Positions 1 to 10,967 of a stretch of 64,000 nt of DNA are shown piece by piece (position 1 is the stretch's first letter; each line of letters opens with the position of its first letter). Under the pieces are notes generated by a model, which worked only from the letters and a program-made list of their open reading frames with translations, was not told the origin of the DNA and searched no databases. Where the stretch lies: positions 759 to 64,758 of the forward strand of contig CAZYBP010000001.1 of the NCBI GenBank assembly GCA_964645555.1, in the 5' to 3' direction. The position numbers were made by a program, and so were the translations under genes. This stretch comes from an uncultured Gammaproteobacteria bacterium. GTDB lineage: Bacteria; Patescibacteriota; Microgenomatia; Daviesbacterales; UBA10151.

Positions 1-717
1 TTAGTTAAAAAAGCGGTACCAAAAAATAGTCCAGACAGCTTCTACCCCGTCAGCAAAACCGATCTTTTTACCCTCCCCGTAAGTCCTTGGTTGAACTTTA
101 ATTGGGACTTCAAAAACATCATATCCTAATTTTAAGATTTTAATTGTGACTTCCGGCTCAATATTGAATCTATTTGATTTAAGATTAATTTTATCCAAAA
201 CCTCTTTACTGAATAGTTTATAACATGTTTCCATATCTGTCAGGTTTGATCCATACAAGATATTAACCAGCGTAGTTAAAAAACGGTTAGCTAAAAGGTG
301 TAAGGGTAAAACCGTTTTACTTTGACCCCAAAGCTTGAAGGGATAATTAACAAGCCTTGAGCCATATACGACCTTAGTTTTCTTTTGTAGTATTGGGTCC
401 AGTAACTTAACGTAATCTTTTGGATCATATTCCAAATCCGCATCCTGGATAATAATCATATCTCCTGTGATATTTTTTAAAGCGGTTTTCACTGCTGCTC
501 CTTTGCCTTCATTTTTTTCATGCCTTAAAATTTTCAATTTTAAATTTTCAATTTTAAATTCCGATAAAACTTTGGGAGTTTTATCGGTAGATCCGTCATC
601 CACTATAATAATTTCCTTTTTAACTTTTTTAGGAAGCTTGATCAGGGCAACTTTTTCTAAAATAAGTCCGATGGTTTTCTCTTCATTAAAAACAGGAATT
701 ATGATAGATAAAATCAT
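1..717 (-). CDS. Glycosyltransferase family 2 (DPM1/GtrB-like soluble GT-A domain)
   Basis: N-terminal IIIPVFNEE...IIVDDGSTDKT motif and a downstream DAD(L/E) segment typical of GT2. TAA stop at 1-3, ATG at 715-717 overlapping the upstream gene's stop (ATGA). Confidence 0.75.
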   Translation of the reverse strand: MILSIIIPVFNEEKTIGLILEKVALIKLPKKVKKEIIIVDDGSTDKTPKVLSEFKIENLKLKILRHEKNEGKGAAVKTALKNITGDMIIIQDADLEYDPKDYVKLLDPILQKKTKVVYGSRLVNYPFKLWGQSKTVLPLHLLANRFLTTLVNILYGSNLTDMETCYKLFSKEVLDKINLKSNRFNIEPEVTIKILKLGYDVFEVPIKVQPRTYGEGKKIGFADGVEAVWTIFWYRFFN

Positions 718-1406
718 GTTGTCCTTTTTGCAACTACCAGAATTGATGTACCAAAGGGCGGTTTAAAAATATCCTCAAAGGGCAAAATGAAAGGAGCGAC
801 AAAATTAAATATTTTTACTTTCTTTTCATCAACAATTTTTTCCGAGAAGAATTTTGAGGATATCAGCCAACCTAATGCTCCCAAGACATTTAGTATTCTC
901 TCCTTTTCAATTTTAAATCCTGTCTGCTCAAGCAATTTAATTAATTCTTTTTTTTCATATCTTCTGAAATGGCCTATCGATTTGTCAATTGCCCCATATA
1001 GAAACTTATGGGCGGGCACCAGAAGAATCAGGTAGCCTCCTTTTTTTAAAAGAGAGTGCATATTGTTAAGACTTTTTTTATCATCTTTTATATGTTCTAA
1101 AACATTGATGCATAAAATAGTGTCAAATCTTTTTTTAAAAAATAATGATCCGCTCTCAATATCCCCTAAACCAACCTCGGCCCTCTCTCCCAAAAGCCTC
1201 TGTGTCTGACTAATATGTTCTTTATCTATATCAATTGCAAACACTTTGCCAAAGGGAATCAATGCTTGGGTAAAATTACCTATCCCGCAACCTACTTCTA
1301 AAATATCTCCCTTTAGATATTGAACAAATTTTTTTAGGGTCCACTGGTTATACCATACTGCCTGGCTCATTGATTCTAAAGTTTTGGCCCCCAGTTTAGT
1401 GCTCAA
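714..1406 (-). CDS. Class I SAM-dependent methyltransferase
   Basis: Motif I LEVGCGIGNF plus an acidic residue after beta-2 (AIDID). 230 aa. Ends with TGA overlapping the next gene's ATG. Confidence 0.75.
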   Translation of the reverse strand: MSTKLGAKTLESMSQAVWYNQWTLKKFVQYLKGDILEVGCGIGNFTQALIPFGKVFAIDIDKEHISQTQRLLGERAEVGLGDIESGSLFFKKRFDTILCINVLEHIKDDKKSLNNMHSLLKKGGYLILLVPAHKFLYGAIDKSIGHFRRYEKKELIKLLEQTGFKIEKERILNVLGALGWLISSKFFSEKIVDEKKVKIFNFVAPFILPFEDIFKPPFGTSILVVAKRTT

Positions 1407-2215
1407 ATTAATCTCCTTTTCAATTTTCGAAGCGGAGTAAGCAACCGGGCTTTTGCTTTTTCCAATCCTTGCATCCTAAGCCATGGGGAAGGAATAAAAC
1501 TTGGGGTTTTTTGATAAAAAACTTCGGGGAATTTGAATCCGTCTTCTATCTTTTTTCCTATTTCATATTTAAATTTCTCATATTTTCTTTTCAAGGAAGA
1601 TCTTTTCAAATGAGTAACATGCAAAAATGGTGCATTAAGGAAAATTATTTTTTCTCTATCCTGCACAAAACGGTTGTCTTGATCCAAAAAACCTTCTTTT
1701 CCATAAGGAAAATCAACATGAAGACCGGGAATATGTTTACTAAAAGCCTTTAAACTAAGATGTCCTGTTTTCCCTAAAATTTTATATCTTCCTGCTTCCT
1801 GTTGCTGTAAATGATAAATATCTCCCACCGGTACAATCATCGGTACGGCAATTCCTTCAGTATTTCCTTGGTGAATTTTTGAAACTACCTTTTTAATTGA
1901 ATCTTTCCACCAAATTTCATCACCATCTAAAATTAAAATCCAATCACAATCAGACTGTTCAAGCAATTTCTGCCGCATTTTAGTAAATTCGTATCTATCA
2001 ACTGCCCCAACTTCCCTAAAATCCACCTTATCTCCGCAAATTTCCTTTATTTCCCTGATTATATCTACTGTTTTATCTGTTGAACCCGTATCCCAAACTA
2101 AAACCTTATCAACAAAATCCATCACACTCATAATGGAAAACCAAATAAAATTTTCTTCATTGTTTACAATGGTATTTGCCCAAATTTTCATTTTCTTAGT
2201 TTCACTAGCAACCAA
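1403..2215 (-). CDS. GT-A-like glycosyltransferase (GT2-related)
   Basis: VWDTGSTDKT plus LDGDE (DxD-like). Sits in a glycan operon. Confidence 0.55.
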   Translation of the reverse strand: MVASETKKMKIWANTIVNNEENFIWFSIMSVMDFVDKVLVWDTGSTDKTVDIIREIKEICGDKVDFREVGAVDRYEFTKMRQKLLEQSDCDWILILDGDEIWWKDSIKKVVSKIHQGNTEGIAVPMIVPVGDIYHLQQQEAGRYKILGKTGHLSLKAFSKHIPGLHVDFPYGKEGFLDQDNRFVQDREKIIFLNAPFLHVTHLKRSSLKRKYEKFKYEIGKKIEDGFKFPEVFYQKTPSFIPSPWLRMQGLEKAKARLLTPLRKLKRRLI

Positions 2216-3447
2216 ATCAAAGGATAGATAAAGTTAAAAGCCGTACCAACTAGCACAGTAACAGATGCACCTATTATGCCGAAATTTGAAATCATGAAGT
2301 ATCCTACTACTCCTATCACCATTAGATGACCTAAAGCTGCCCAAATAAAAACATCGGGCCTGCTAAAATAAAAAATGATGCTGTGATGTACCGGTATAGA
2401 AAAGAGAAAAACCAGGTTTGCCAGGAATAAAAAAATAAAGGGTATGACTGCCTCAGAGTAGGTGGGACCAAAAAGTATTGGAATAAGATAAGTTGAGACA
2501 GGAATAGTGAGAATCCCCAAAAGACAAAGTCCCAGGACTAAAAACTGGAATTTTTTAAAATAAGTCAACATCTGGGAATTGTTTTGGAAGGAGGCAAATT
2601 TAGGTGAGGAAACAAGGCCTAAGGCTGAAACCAACTGAGGCATAATTTGAACCAGCTGGTTAGCAGCCCCATATATTCCAACTTCCCGGCTGGAAAGCAA
2701 AGCAGCATTCAGATAGGTATCCAATCTGGCCGAAAAAGCGGCAATCAGGCTAAATACTGCAACGGGGATATTATATTTAAAAAGTTCTGCTGACAGGGAA
2801 AATTCCTCCTTAACTTGCAATAACTGCCTGCTGGGAAGAAAAAATAATGCTACAAAGAAACCAAAAAAAGGCAGGAGTATAAAAACAAATAAACTGCTTT
2901 CTATATTAAGTAAGCTTGAAATACCAAGTAGCACTATTAAAACAAGTCTTAAGGCATTGGTGAAAATATTTAACAGGCTCCAAAGAAAATATTTCTGGAA
3001 AGCTTGCAAGGCAGATGTAGCAAACGTAAAAAGTAATGCCCCTCCTGCTCCAAATGCTACCAATCTAAGTGGTAAAATTAGCTCTTCTGTATGGAAAACC
3101 TGGATTGCTAAAAAAGGCGTCAGCAAATAAACTGACAAGAATGTCACTATCCAAGCTACCAGCTTAATTTCCAGGCTCAATTTCAAAAATCTATATGCTT
3201 TTTCCCTGTCTTTTGAAATGTGGGAAGATACAAAACGGATCAATCCGGTATTTGTTCCAATGTCTGCCATGTCAGCAATCAGGACTAAGGTAGTTAAAGA
3301 AACAGTCAGGATGCCAAACTCCGCAGGACCCAAAATCCTGGCCAGCAGGATATAAAACAGCGCACCCAAAACCCCGTTTATAATTGTCCCAATAACTGTA
3401 ATCTGGGATTGTTTCCAGGTGGCTGTAGAAAAAATTTCTTTTAACAT
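2188..3447 (-). CDS. Polysaccharide flippase (Wzx/MOP superfamily, Polysacc_synt-like)
   Basis: 419 aa, about 12 predicted hydrophobic helices. N-terminal G..Y..LAR.LGP..FG pattern typical of Wzx-like O-unit flippases. Confidence 0.7.
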   Translation of the reverse strand: MLKEIFSTATWKQSQITVIGTIINGVLGALFYILLARILGPAEFGILTVSLTTLVLIADMADIGTNTGLIRFVSSHISKDREKAYRFLKLSLEIKLVAWIVTFLSVYLLTPFLAIQVFHTEELILPLRLVAFGAGGALLFTFATSALQAFQKYFLWSLLNIFTNALRLVLIVLLGISSLLNIESSLFVFILLPFFGFFVALFFLPSRQLLQVKEEFSLSAELFKYNIPVAVFSLIAAFSARLDTYLNAALLSSREVGIYGAANQLVQIMPQLVSALGLVSSPKFASFQNNSQMLTYFKKFQFLVLGLCLLGILTIPVSTYLIPILFGPTYSEAVIPFIFLFLANLVFLFSIPVHHSIIFYFSRPDVFIWAALGHLMVIGVVGYFMISNFGIIGASVTVLVGTAFNFIYPLIWLLVKLRK

Positions 3448-3457
3448 CGCACAAGTC

Positions 3458-3688
3458 TCATTCAGAGTTTCTAATATACTCCCAAACTGCCTGCAATATC
3501 CCTATTAACCAACCGATGAAGCTGACTCTCATTAGAGGTTCAGCCAAATTACGAAGAGTTAAAACTGTCAAGACAGCTGCCAGAACAAAAAAACCTAAAG
3601 CTACTTTCATAGAGAAACTGGCCTTTTTTTTCAAAGTCCAGATCACAATTATCCATACCGCCAAAATTGCCCAATAGATTATCTCCAT
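3458..3688 (-). CDS. Small hydrophobic membrane protein (2-3 TM), function unknown
   Basis: 76-aa ORF composed almost entirely of hydrophobic helices. Lies immediately downstream of a family-A membrane gene. Could be a GtrA-like small flippase subunit or spurious. Confidence 0.3.
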   Translation of the reverse strand: MEIIYWAILAVWIIVIWTLKKKASFSMKVALGFFVLAAVLTVLTLRNLAEPLMRVSFIGWLIGILQAVWEYIRNSE

Positions 3689-6606
3689 AATAATTTCCTA
3701 ACAATAATATACACTAGTCCTGCCGCTAGTGACAAAAATGAAACTATCTTACCTGCCTCAAGCACACGTTGAGGAGCAAACTCTAACGTCAGATTAAAAT
3801 CTCCACTTCTCTCTACTAACCAGCCGTTAGCATAAGTATTAGCTAAGAAATGTTTATTAATTCTGGTACCGTCATCTAATGTAGCCTCCCAACTACTGTT
3901 GAATAATTCCGAAAGTACTAAGATAAACGGTTTGTCTGCTGCTTTAATTTGTATTGAATATTTTGTTGGATTATGTTTTATATATGTAATTTTAGGAAGA
4001 GGGGAATCCAATAGAGAATTTTGACTGATTAGTATAGGTAGGGGGTCTATCAAGCGGTTAACGGATAGATTTTTCAGAATAATTTCGGTTGGCATTACAG
4101 AATTTGCCCAAAACATTGCATTAGCTCCTTCGGATCTTTGTGCGTTAAATCCGCCTTTGGCAAATATAAATGAGGTGGAGTTTTTTCCTTTAGTCAGAAG
4201 ATTAAAGTTCGGTGCCTGGAGAACAAGATTATTATTTCTTACCATGTCATTACTCTGATTAAAAATGAATGTGAAGTCCGATCCTGAAGAAATTATGTAG
4301 TTAAATTGTATAAAGTACTTCCCATAAGGATCAAAATTATTGATTTCATAAGAAATTTTTTTATCTTGATTTGTAGAAATAATAAGATCCCTGGGAACAG
4401 AAAGCAGATTTTCAGTTACGGGTCTTTCTATGATAATCTTGTGCTGACCTGGGCTGAAATTAAACAACCCGTATGAAATTTTATTGTTTTGTATCTGGCC
4501 CTTTTGTAAAGCAATTTTATCATCAACAATAACTTTAATATTTGCAGCAATAGATGCTTCATTTGCCTCCAGAATAACATTATCCAAAATAAGCTCATAA
4601 TCAGCATCTTTTTCGGCATTAATTTTATATTCCTTTTTGTGCTCAAAAGATGGTATTTCATCAATAAGAGTTTCCTTTTTTTCTTCCTCAGGATACAAAA
4701 TAGTTACAACGCTCATGCTGTCAATTTCTTTCCGGGTATCGGTTGAAAGTAATACATCATAATGTTCATTGCCCCACAAAACATCTGATATTTTAGATTG
4801 AGGAAAAGTAAATATTGGTTTATTTGCTGCATAAACGGTTCTGTCTGCCCAACTGGTATTTTCCCACAGTTTCAATTTTTCAAATTGAGCAACTTTCTTG
4901 AAACTACCCTCTTCTTCTCTTTCTGCAAGAAGCTTTTCTATAACTTGTGGATCCCTCAACCTTCTTTCCCTGATATCAATATCTGAGCGTGTCAATAAAA
5001 ATTTAACATTTAACAGATTTGCAACTTTAGAAAAATCAGGCTCCCTGACAAACAACTTTTCTAATCCCTCAACTACTTGTGAATAATAAGGGATAGTCGT
5101 ATTAAAAGAGATATTAGGAGTTGAAAAGAGTATCTCGGAAGGCTCTATACCCTGGTAGCCTTTTTCCCATTTATAAGTCATTCCCTCATCACCCAAAGGG
5201 AGACTGATAAACCTAAAATTCTTCCCCTGCCTTTGCAACCAAGTATCAGCCTCCTTATAATAAGATGGCACTTTTACCTGAAAGCCTACTTTGTAATTAT
5301 TATTTGGTGGAGTAACACTGGTAAAAACAAGGCCCGAAAAGAAAGGAAAACCTAAGACGGCCAAAACTAAAAGGAAAAAAACAGAGAAAATTATTAAAAC
5401 GGCTTTTTTACTGTATTCTCCTAATTGAGATACGCCTGCAGCAAAAAGAGGTGCAGAAACTAAAGCGGTTATAAAACCAATTTTTTCAAAAGGGTCTCTT
5501 AAAATTTGCAGAACAGATAATCTGGTAAAAAAGTATTGGAAGACTTCACCAAATGGTTGATTACTACCTTTTGCTATATATAACCCAAAGAAAAATATTA
5601 TAGTCAAATAAAGCACAGATAGCTTTGATCTTAATTGGTAAATTACCCATAAAATTGTTCCGGTAAAACCAAATAGGATTAAACCGGGTAAAAAAGTATT
5701 AAATGCAGCCGACCAAGCCGGACCTTCTCCCTGATAAAAACCTCTATGCATAAATCTTAAAATATCGATTAAATTTCCCAGTTTCCGGCTAAGAATATTT
5801 AGAGTGTAAAGATTGCCTTCGGTAGTTATAAAAAGAGACAGTTCCTTGGCTGTATTTTCAGATTGAACAAACTGAAAAGTGGGGATAATCCACCATGCAT
5901 GCACCAGGATAAAAAAGCTTAAGGTTAATAAAATATATTTGATGGCAAAAAAGGTGAATTCCTTTTTTCTAAAGGCTAAAATGAAAAAAAGCCAGGTGAA
6001 AGCAAGTAATAACCACATAAGAAAGTTAAAAACATACGAAGTAAAGGCATAGGAAAAAATGTAGGTCGCAATACCAAAAATAATACCGGCAATAAAACTT
6101 CGTTTTTGTAACCCCCAAATAAAAAGAAAAAGTAAAATCGGTAAAGCTGCCCAAAAAACCATATAATTATATAAAAACCTGTTCCAGACATTCACCATGG
6201 AAAGAGGGTTAAACCAGTAGAATAAAACTGCCAATAAAACATATTTTTGGGCAAGATTGGGAAATAAAAGTTTTGTTAATCCATACATTCCCACCCCGGC
6301 CGAAATAAATAGAAACCAGAAGGTGAAAGCTTGAAGTATATAGCCTGGTATCCCCAACTTTTGAATTTCCGAAAGCAACCACCAGCTTGGAGCTGATGCA
6401 ACTGTCAGACTTTAGGTACTACCTAACTGAAAATCAGTCCAGGCCCAAGCTGTTTTATCCTTATATCTTTCCAGGTTATGAAACGGAATTATCGCTTCCG
6501 CTGTTCCTAATATATTGCCCTCACGGAACCATATTGAAACTAAAATGCCGGCAAGTAACGCAATTAATATAAAAAAACTTCGTTGCCCAGCAATAAATAA
6601 TTTCAT
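3679..6606 (-). pseudogene. Family-A large polytopic membrane protein (GT-C-like candidate, YfhO/AftD-like architecture) interrupted by one in-frame TAA
   Basis: ORF 6412..6606 (N-terminus ILVSIWFREGNILGTAEAIIPFHNLERY...) and ORF 3679..6378 are in the same frame, separated only by TAA at 6412-6414. The joined product aligns without gaps to the intact paralog 22488..25316 from its N-terminus onward. The ATG at 6604-6606 overlaps the TGA stop of the upstream gene (ATGA). Confidence 0.55.
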
Positions 6607-9272
6607 AGTTTTGTCTTTAATATTACCATCAAAATCCCTATGCTTAAAACCGTCAGCCCCGTTACCAATAAACCTTCCGAAACAAATTTTTGAGCTTTAA
6701 ATTCCAGAATATATTCCCCATTTTTTTCAACCGGGAAAACATTTAGCAAACTATAGCCGGGAAGCGAAGATTTATCATCCAGTTGCCATAAAGGATCATA
6801 GCTTTCAGAAAAAACCAAAAAGCCTGTTCCTTTAAAATCCCTAATCAACACTTTATATTTAGTAGAATTTATTTTCTGATATTCAACTTTCACTGCAGAA
6901 TCGTCAATGGCATTGCTAAATTTTCCAATACTTTGCTGATAAATTAAGGCTTTGTTTTGATAATCAGACCAATCCTCAGGATGCACAAAAATGAGTGCAT
7001 TTATGATATTTATATCCCCGGATGAGGAAACTGTAATTGGAGAATCAGAACTTATTTTTCCTACTTCAAACCATCTGACGTTAGTATCTTTGTCAATTTT
7101 CGTTGAAATTTCCCCGACTAACTGTTCGTCCTGGTAAAAGCTTACTTTCCCGCTTCTTGAGCTCTCCATAACTCTTGCAAGCAATATTTGTCCATTTTTC
7201 AATTTTTCACTCTCAATTTTCAATTTTCTCTCTCCTTCCCCTACTGCCCAGCCCCCTCCGTAATCAAAATCTGTATTGTCTATACCGTATTTTGTCTTAA
7301 GAAAGTACCGAAACCGGATTAAATCCTTTGTCTGTCTTTTCCACCAACCTGATTCATCAGGATCTAATTTCAGTTTCGATGAAGGAAAAATAAACTTAGA
7401 GGCAGGAATAAAAGAAGCAGCCAAATCCAGATTTGTTTTATTATTTAAGATAATTTTTGCATCACTTATTCCTTCCATCCTCTCTGATAACCCCGGGTAT
7501 TCTTCGGCAAAGACTAAAGCATTATTAGATAAACTCAACTTGCTGCTGGTTGTTGCTTCAGCGTAAATACTGTCTGACCCGACTACCCACCAAAAGTTTG
7601 AAGTTACAAAAAATTTATTCTGATGCTTAGTTGTCTTCCAAAGGGGGATGGGGGAATCAGCAATTCTTGATAGCCAGGGAAGTTTATTCAGTTGATCTGA
7701 AAAGGTATCGTAATATTTAACGTTATCCGGATGCAGATCGTCACGCCTTGGATCAAACGCCGGATAGGCAATATACCCTATACCTGCTACATTAAATAAT
7801 TCACCCATAAAGGATGCTTCTCTTAAAAAATTAAATATTTCATAAGTGCCTTTCGTACCTATAGCAAAAGGTCTTTTCTGGACAAACCTGGCTGCCTCGG
7901 CAGAAGGATGATTATCGTCAATCAAACCTAAGGGCGGGATAGCAGGAATCCAAAATATTCGGGAAAATTCCAGGTCATCTCCAACAATATTATTTAATTT
8001 AGAATATTCCTGCTGGTAAATGGGTAAATAAAACGTACCGGTCATTTGCCCCAACCATACAGGTCTAATCAGGAATAAAAGATAGATTATAACTGCGATA
8101 GGAAATAATATCTTAGCTTTCGTACTCTTTAATTTGTTTATAATTTCATCTACCGAAATAGACAGCAGGATCGTAAAGGATAAAGCAACAAGAAAGAAAA
8201 ATTTTGTTGAATCCCGAAATAGGGAAAAACCGGGTATATTATGGAATAAAAAGGGATAAACTTGACTAAGCGGTTCGGATGCTCCTTTTGCTAAAAAGAC
8301 TGACAGTAAAACAACTATCAGCCAAAAACCCACTGTTTTGTCTTTAGGCCGGAATACCGGTGCCAAAAATACAAAAATCGGGATAAGAATAAATTCAAAA
8401 TTCAAAGGACTAATTTTTCCAAAGATATTTTTAAACCAATGAGGAACAATTAAAAACATTGAATGACCTATTGTTGTAAAACTTTCAAAGTTTGTTTGTG
8501 TCAACATTAAATAGGTAGAGTCAGATAACGGTTTTTTAATTATCGGTACAAGCCAATAAGCATTCATCCCCCCGACTATTAAAAGAGAGACAAAAGCCAT
8601 CTGAAATGAATTTTTGATCCAACTTCCCCATTCCTTCCTATTTAAAAATAAGAATTCATAAATGAAACGCAAAAAAGATAGAATTATCAATATATAGACA
8701 AACCTAAAATCTAAAAAACCTAAAACCCAAACGGAATAAGCTGCAATTATCTTATTTATCCATCCTTTTTTGATTGCTGTTTCTATCGCCAAAAAGCTGA
8801 TTGGAAAAAATGCATATGCCATACCAACCACCATCTGTCCCCCGTCAATGACTGAAAGAATATATGTATTAGTTAAATAAAAAATAATCGCTATAGTTTT
8901 TGCCGGCACAGATAATTTAATATTTTGACCGGTTTTCCATATCCCCCAACTACCGAAAGCAAGGATAAAACCGGTTAAAAGAATCCTTTCCAAAAAGGCA
9001 AAAGTAAAACCAAGATGTATCAGTACTGCAGAAATAAACATCATCGGCCAGGACCAAATAGTATAAACTGAATATTCACCCAAACCCTCCGCTCCGAAGT
9101 CAAGCCAAACCCGGGGAATATCAAAAAAGGATTTAAGGGCAGTCTCGGAAACCAGCGGATAGTCAACAGCCACTCTTGGACCGGGTAAAAACCATGTCCA
9201 AAAGATAAATGAAAAAACACAAGTTAAAAGTAATATTGCCGCCTTTTTACTCATGTATTTTTTATCTCCCAT
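6603..9272 (-). CDS. Family-A large polytopic membrane protein (GT-C-like candidate), 889 aa
   Basis: N-terminal multi-TM domain of roughly 12 helices, a large beta-rich C-terminal ectodomain and a final TM anchor (LLVTGLTVLSIGILMVIL). Paralogous to 10964..14386, 22488..25316 and 3679..6606. Confidence 0.7.
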   Translation of the reverse strand: MGDKKYMSKKAAILLLTCVFSFIFWTWFLPGPRVAVDYPLVSETALKSFFDIPRVWLDFGAEGLGEYSVYTIWSWPMMFISAVLIHLGFTFAFLERILLTGFILAFGSWGIWKTGQNIKLSVPAKTIAIIFYLTNTYILSVIDGGQMVVGMAYAFFPISFLAIETAIKKGWINKIIAAYSVWVLGFLDFRFVYILIILSFLRFIYEFLFLNRKEWGSWIKNSFQMAFVSLLIVGGMNAYWLVPIIKKPLSDSTYLMLTQTNFESFTTIGHSMFLIVPHWFKNIFGKISPLNFEFILIPIFVFLAPVFRPKDKTVGFWLIVVLLSVFLAKGASEPLSQVYPFLFHNIPGFSLFRDSTKFFFLVALSFTILLSISVDEIINKLKSTKAKILFPIAVIIYLLFLIRPVWLGQMTGTFYLPIYQQEYSKLNNIVGDDLEFSRIFWIPAIPPLGLIDDNHPSAEAARFVQKRPFAIGTKGTYEIFNFLREASFMGELFNVAGIGYIAYPAFDPRRDDLHPDNVKYYDTFSDQLNKLPWLSRIADSPIPLWKTTKHQNKFFVTSNFWWVVGSDSIYAEATTSSKLSLSNNALVFAEEYPGLSERMEGISDAKIILNNKTNLDLAASFIPASKFIFPSSKLKLDPDESGWWKRQTKDLIRFRYFLKTKYGIDNTDFDYGGGWAVGEGERKLKIESEKLKNGQILLARVMESSRSGKVSFYQDEQLVGEISTKIDKDTNVRWFEVGKISSDSPITVSSSGDINIINALIFVHPEDWSDYQNKALIYQQSIGKFSNAIDDSAVKVEYQKINSTKYKVLIRDFKGTGFLVFSESYDPLWQLDDKSSLPGYSLLNVFPVEKNGEYILEFKAQKFVSEGLLVTGLTVLSIGILMVILKTKL

Positions 9273-9439
9273 AAATATTTAACTGTCCCTACAAAAAAAA
9301 TAAAAAGGGGTAAAATTAAAAGCCGCCCGGCAAACCCTTGATGATTTGAGGCAATTGCTAAAGCTGCCAAAAAAAGAAACACTAACCCAAAAAGAAAGAA
9401 AGACTTAGCAGATAAGCTCATCTTTAAATTATATCCCAA
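9251..9439 (-). CDS. Possible small membrane protein (62 aa)
   Basis: Hydrophobic two-helix ORF in the 196-nt divergent spacer. May simply be promoter-region noise. Confidence 0.2.
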   Translation of the reverse strand: MGYNLKMSLSAKSFFLFGLVFLFLAALAIASNHQGFAGRLLILPLFIFFVGTVKYLWEIKNT

Positions 9440-9467
9440 AACTTTTGATTTAGTATATTATATAAAC

Positions 9468-10967
9468 ATGAAGAAGTTATTCCCCCTGATTATAATATTT
9501 GTAGTTGTTTTCCTCTTATATTATCAGACTCTTTTTGTTTATTTTTCTCAGGATGATTTCTTTATGTTTAAAATCAGTCAAACTGACAATACATTAGGGG
9601 GATTTTTAAACCTGTTTGCCATACATTCTTTTCCGGAAAGAGGCATTGCGTTTTACAGACCCATCTTCAGAGAAGCCTTGCATAATATCTATTTTTCTGC
9701 CTTTGATTTAAACCATCTCCCTTTTAGGATACTAATGCTGATTGTTCATTTTATTAACATATCTTTGGTCTATTTTTTGGTAAATATTATCTTTGGAAAC
9801 AAAATTCTTGCTACCTTGGCAGCTTTTTTCTTCGGCATTACCGCTGCCAATGTTGCTCTTTTATATTATTTGGCCGGGGGAATAGAGACGGGCGGCGCAA
9901 CAATGTTTGCTCTGTTGACATTGATTTTATATAGAAAATATTTAGTAAATAATAATCCGGCGCTGTATCTGGCAACATTTGTTACCTTTTTAATGGCTAT
10001 TTTTTCTCATGAAATAGTGGGAATGACTGCCGGAGTTATGCTTATAATGCTTATTACATCCAACGTTAAAAAAATCTCAAGCAAAGCAATTGCTCTTTTA
10101 CCATTTCTACTTGCTACGGTTTTTCTTTTTTACATAGATTTAGTCAAGATCGGTCTTTCTTCCGGAGAAAAACAATATCAATTTATTTTCAATATCTCTT
10201 CTGTATTAAATTCCATAGTTTGGTATTCTGTTTGGGCTTTTGGCATCCCTGAAATGCTCATTGATTTTATAGGACCGGGGATAAAACTTAATCCGGTACT
10301 CATGCGCTACTGGGGAAATTATTATACGGTTATCTTTATTGCTTTCGGTATTGCTCTTTCCATCTTCCTTTTCATGTTTTTGTATTTAATACTTAAAAAA
10401 AAGTTTGTGTTTTTTGACCGGCGGTTTTGTTTTTTTCTGCTCTGGCTTATGGTGGGGCTGCTGCCGATAATATTTTTACCAAACCATAAATCCACCCACT
10501 ATTTAGTCTTTGTCCTGCCAGCTTTCTGGACTGTTGTGACTTTCATAGTCTTAAATTTTTACACTAACATGTCAAAATATGCTAAATTTACCGCTAGCAT
10601 ACTGACTGCCCTGGTAATTTTTTCCCTTTTAACCCTATCTGCAGTGTCTATAAAACTAGAAGACACTACATATTGGGCAGCAAGCAGAGGAAGACTGGCA
10701 GAAAGATTAATAAATCAAATCAAAACAACTTATCCTAACTTACCCAAAGAAGCTATTATCTACTTCGAAAATGATCCAAATTATCCCCACCTCACTGCAG
10801 AATGGGGTTCCAGTTCCAAACAGGTAGCTGTTATATTAAACAATCAGGACGCTTTAAGACTTATCTATAATGATTCCAACCTGAGAGTATATTATGAGGA
10901 TCTTGACAAACCAGCGGAAAAGCTTCAAGAGACAAATGTCTATCGAATAAAAGCAAAAATATATTAA
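9468..10967 (+). CDS. Family-B polytopic membrane protein (GT-C-fold, GT39/ArnT-like candidate), 499 aa
   Basis: At least 10 TM helices. Acidic FSQDDFFMF motif in the first extracytoplasmic loop, as in the Dx(D/E) loop-1 motif of GT-C enzymes. Stop overlaps the stop of the convergent gene. Confidence 0.6.
   Translation: MKKLFPLIIIFVVVFLLYYQTLFVYFSQDDFFMFKISQTDNTLGGFLNLFAIHSFPERGIAFYRPIFREALHNIYFSAFDLNHLPFRILMLIVHFINISLVYFLVNIIFGNKILATLAAFFFGITAANVALLYYLAGGIETGGATMFALLTLILYRKYLVNNNPALYLATFVTFLMAIFSHEIVGMTAGVMLIMLITSNVKKISSKAIALLPFLLATVFLFYIDLVKIGLSSGEKQYQFIFNISSVLNSIVWYSVWAFGIPEMLIDFIGPGIKLNPVLMRYWGNYYTVIFIAFGIALSIFLFMFLYLILKKKFVFFDRRFCFFLLWLMVGLLPIIFLPNHKSTHYLVFVLPAFWTVVTFIVLNFYTNMSKYAKFTASILTALVIFSLLTLSAVSIKLEDTTYWAASRGRLAERLINQIKTTYPNLPKEAIIYFENDPNYPHLTAEWGSSSKQVAVILNNQDALRLIYNDSNLRVYYEDLDKPAEKLQETNVYRIKAKIY

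Noticed and set aside
527-556. Short tandem duplication ttcaattttaaat x2 inside the first GT2 gene
   Set aside because: It is in-frame and simply encodes a repeated ENLKLK-like dipeptide pattern. It is too short and isolated to be a meaningful repeat element.
467-766. Antisense or embedded small ORFs from the six-frame track (for example 467..766, 787..1035, 1469..1753, 4428..4664, 19235..19510, 53907..54224 and many others)
   Set aside because: They lie entirely inside well-supported genes on the opposite strand or in another frame. They have low-complexity or AT-codon-driven composition and no recognisable motifs, so they are almost certainly spurious.
9251-9439. The 62-aa ORF as an N-terminal extension of the 889-aa gene 6603..9272 (by analogy with the 6412..6606 case)
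   Set aside because: It is in a different frame from the large ORF, which already has a typical basic-then-hydrophobic N-terminus (MGDKKYMSKKAAILLL...) like its paralogs. No alignment to paralog N-termini was seen.
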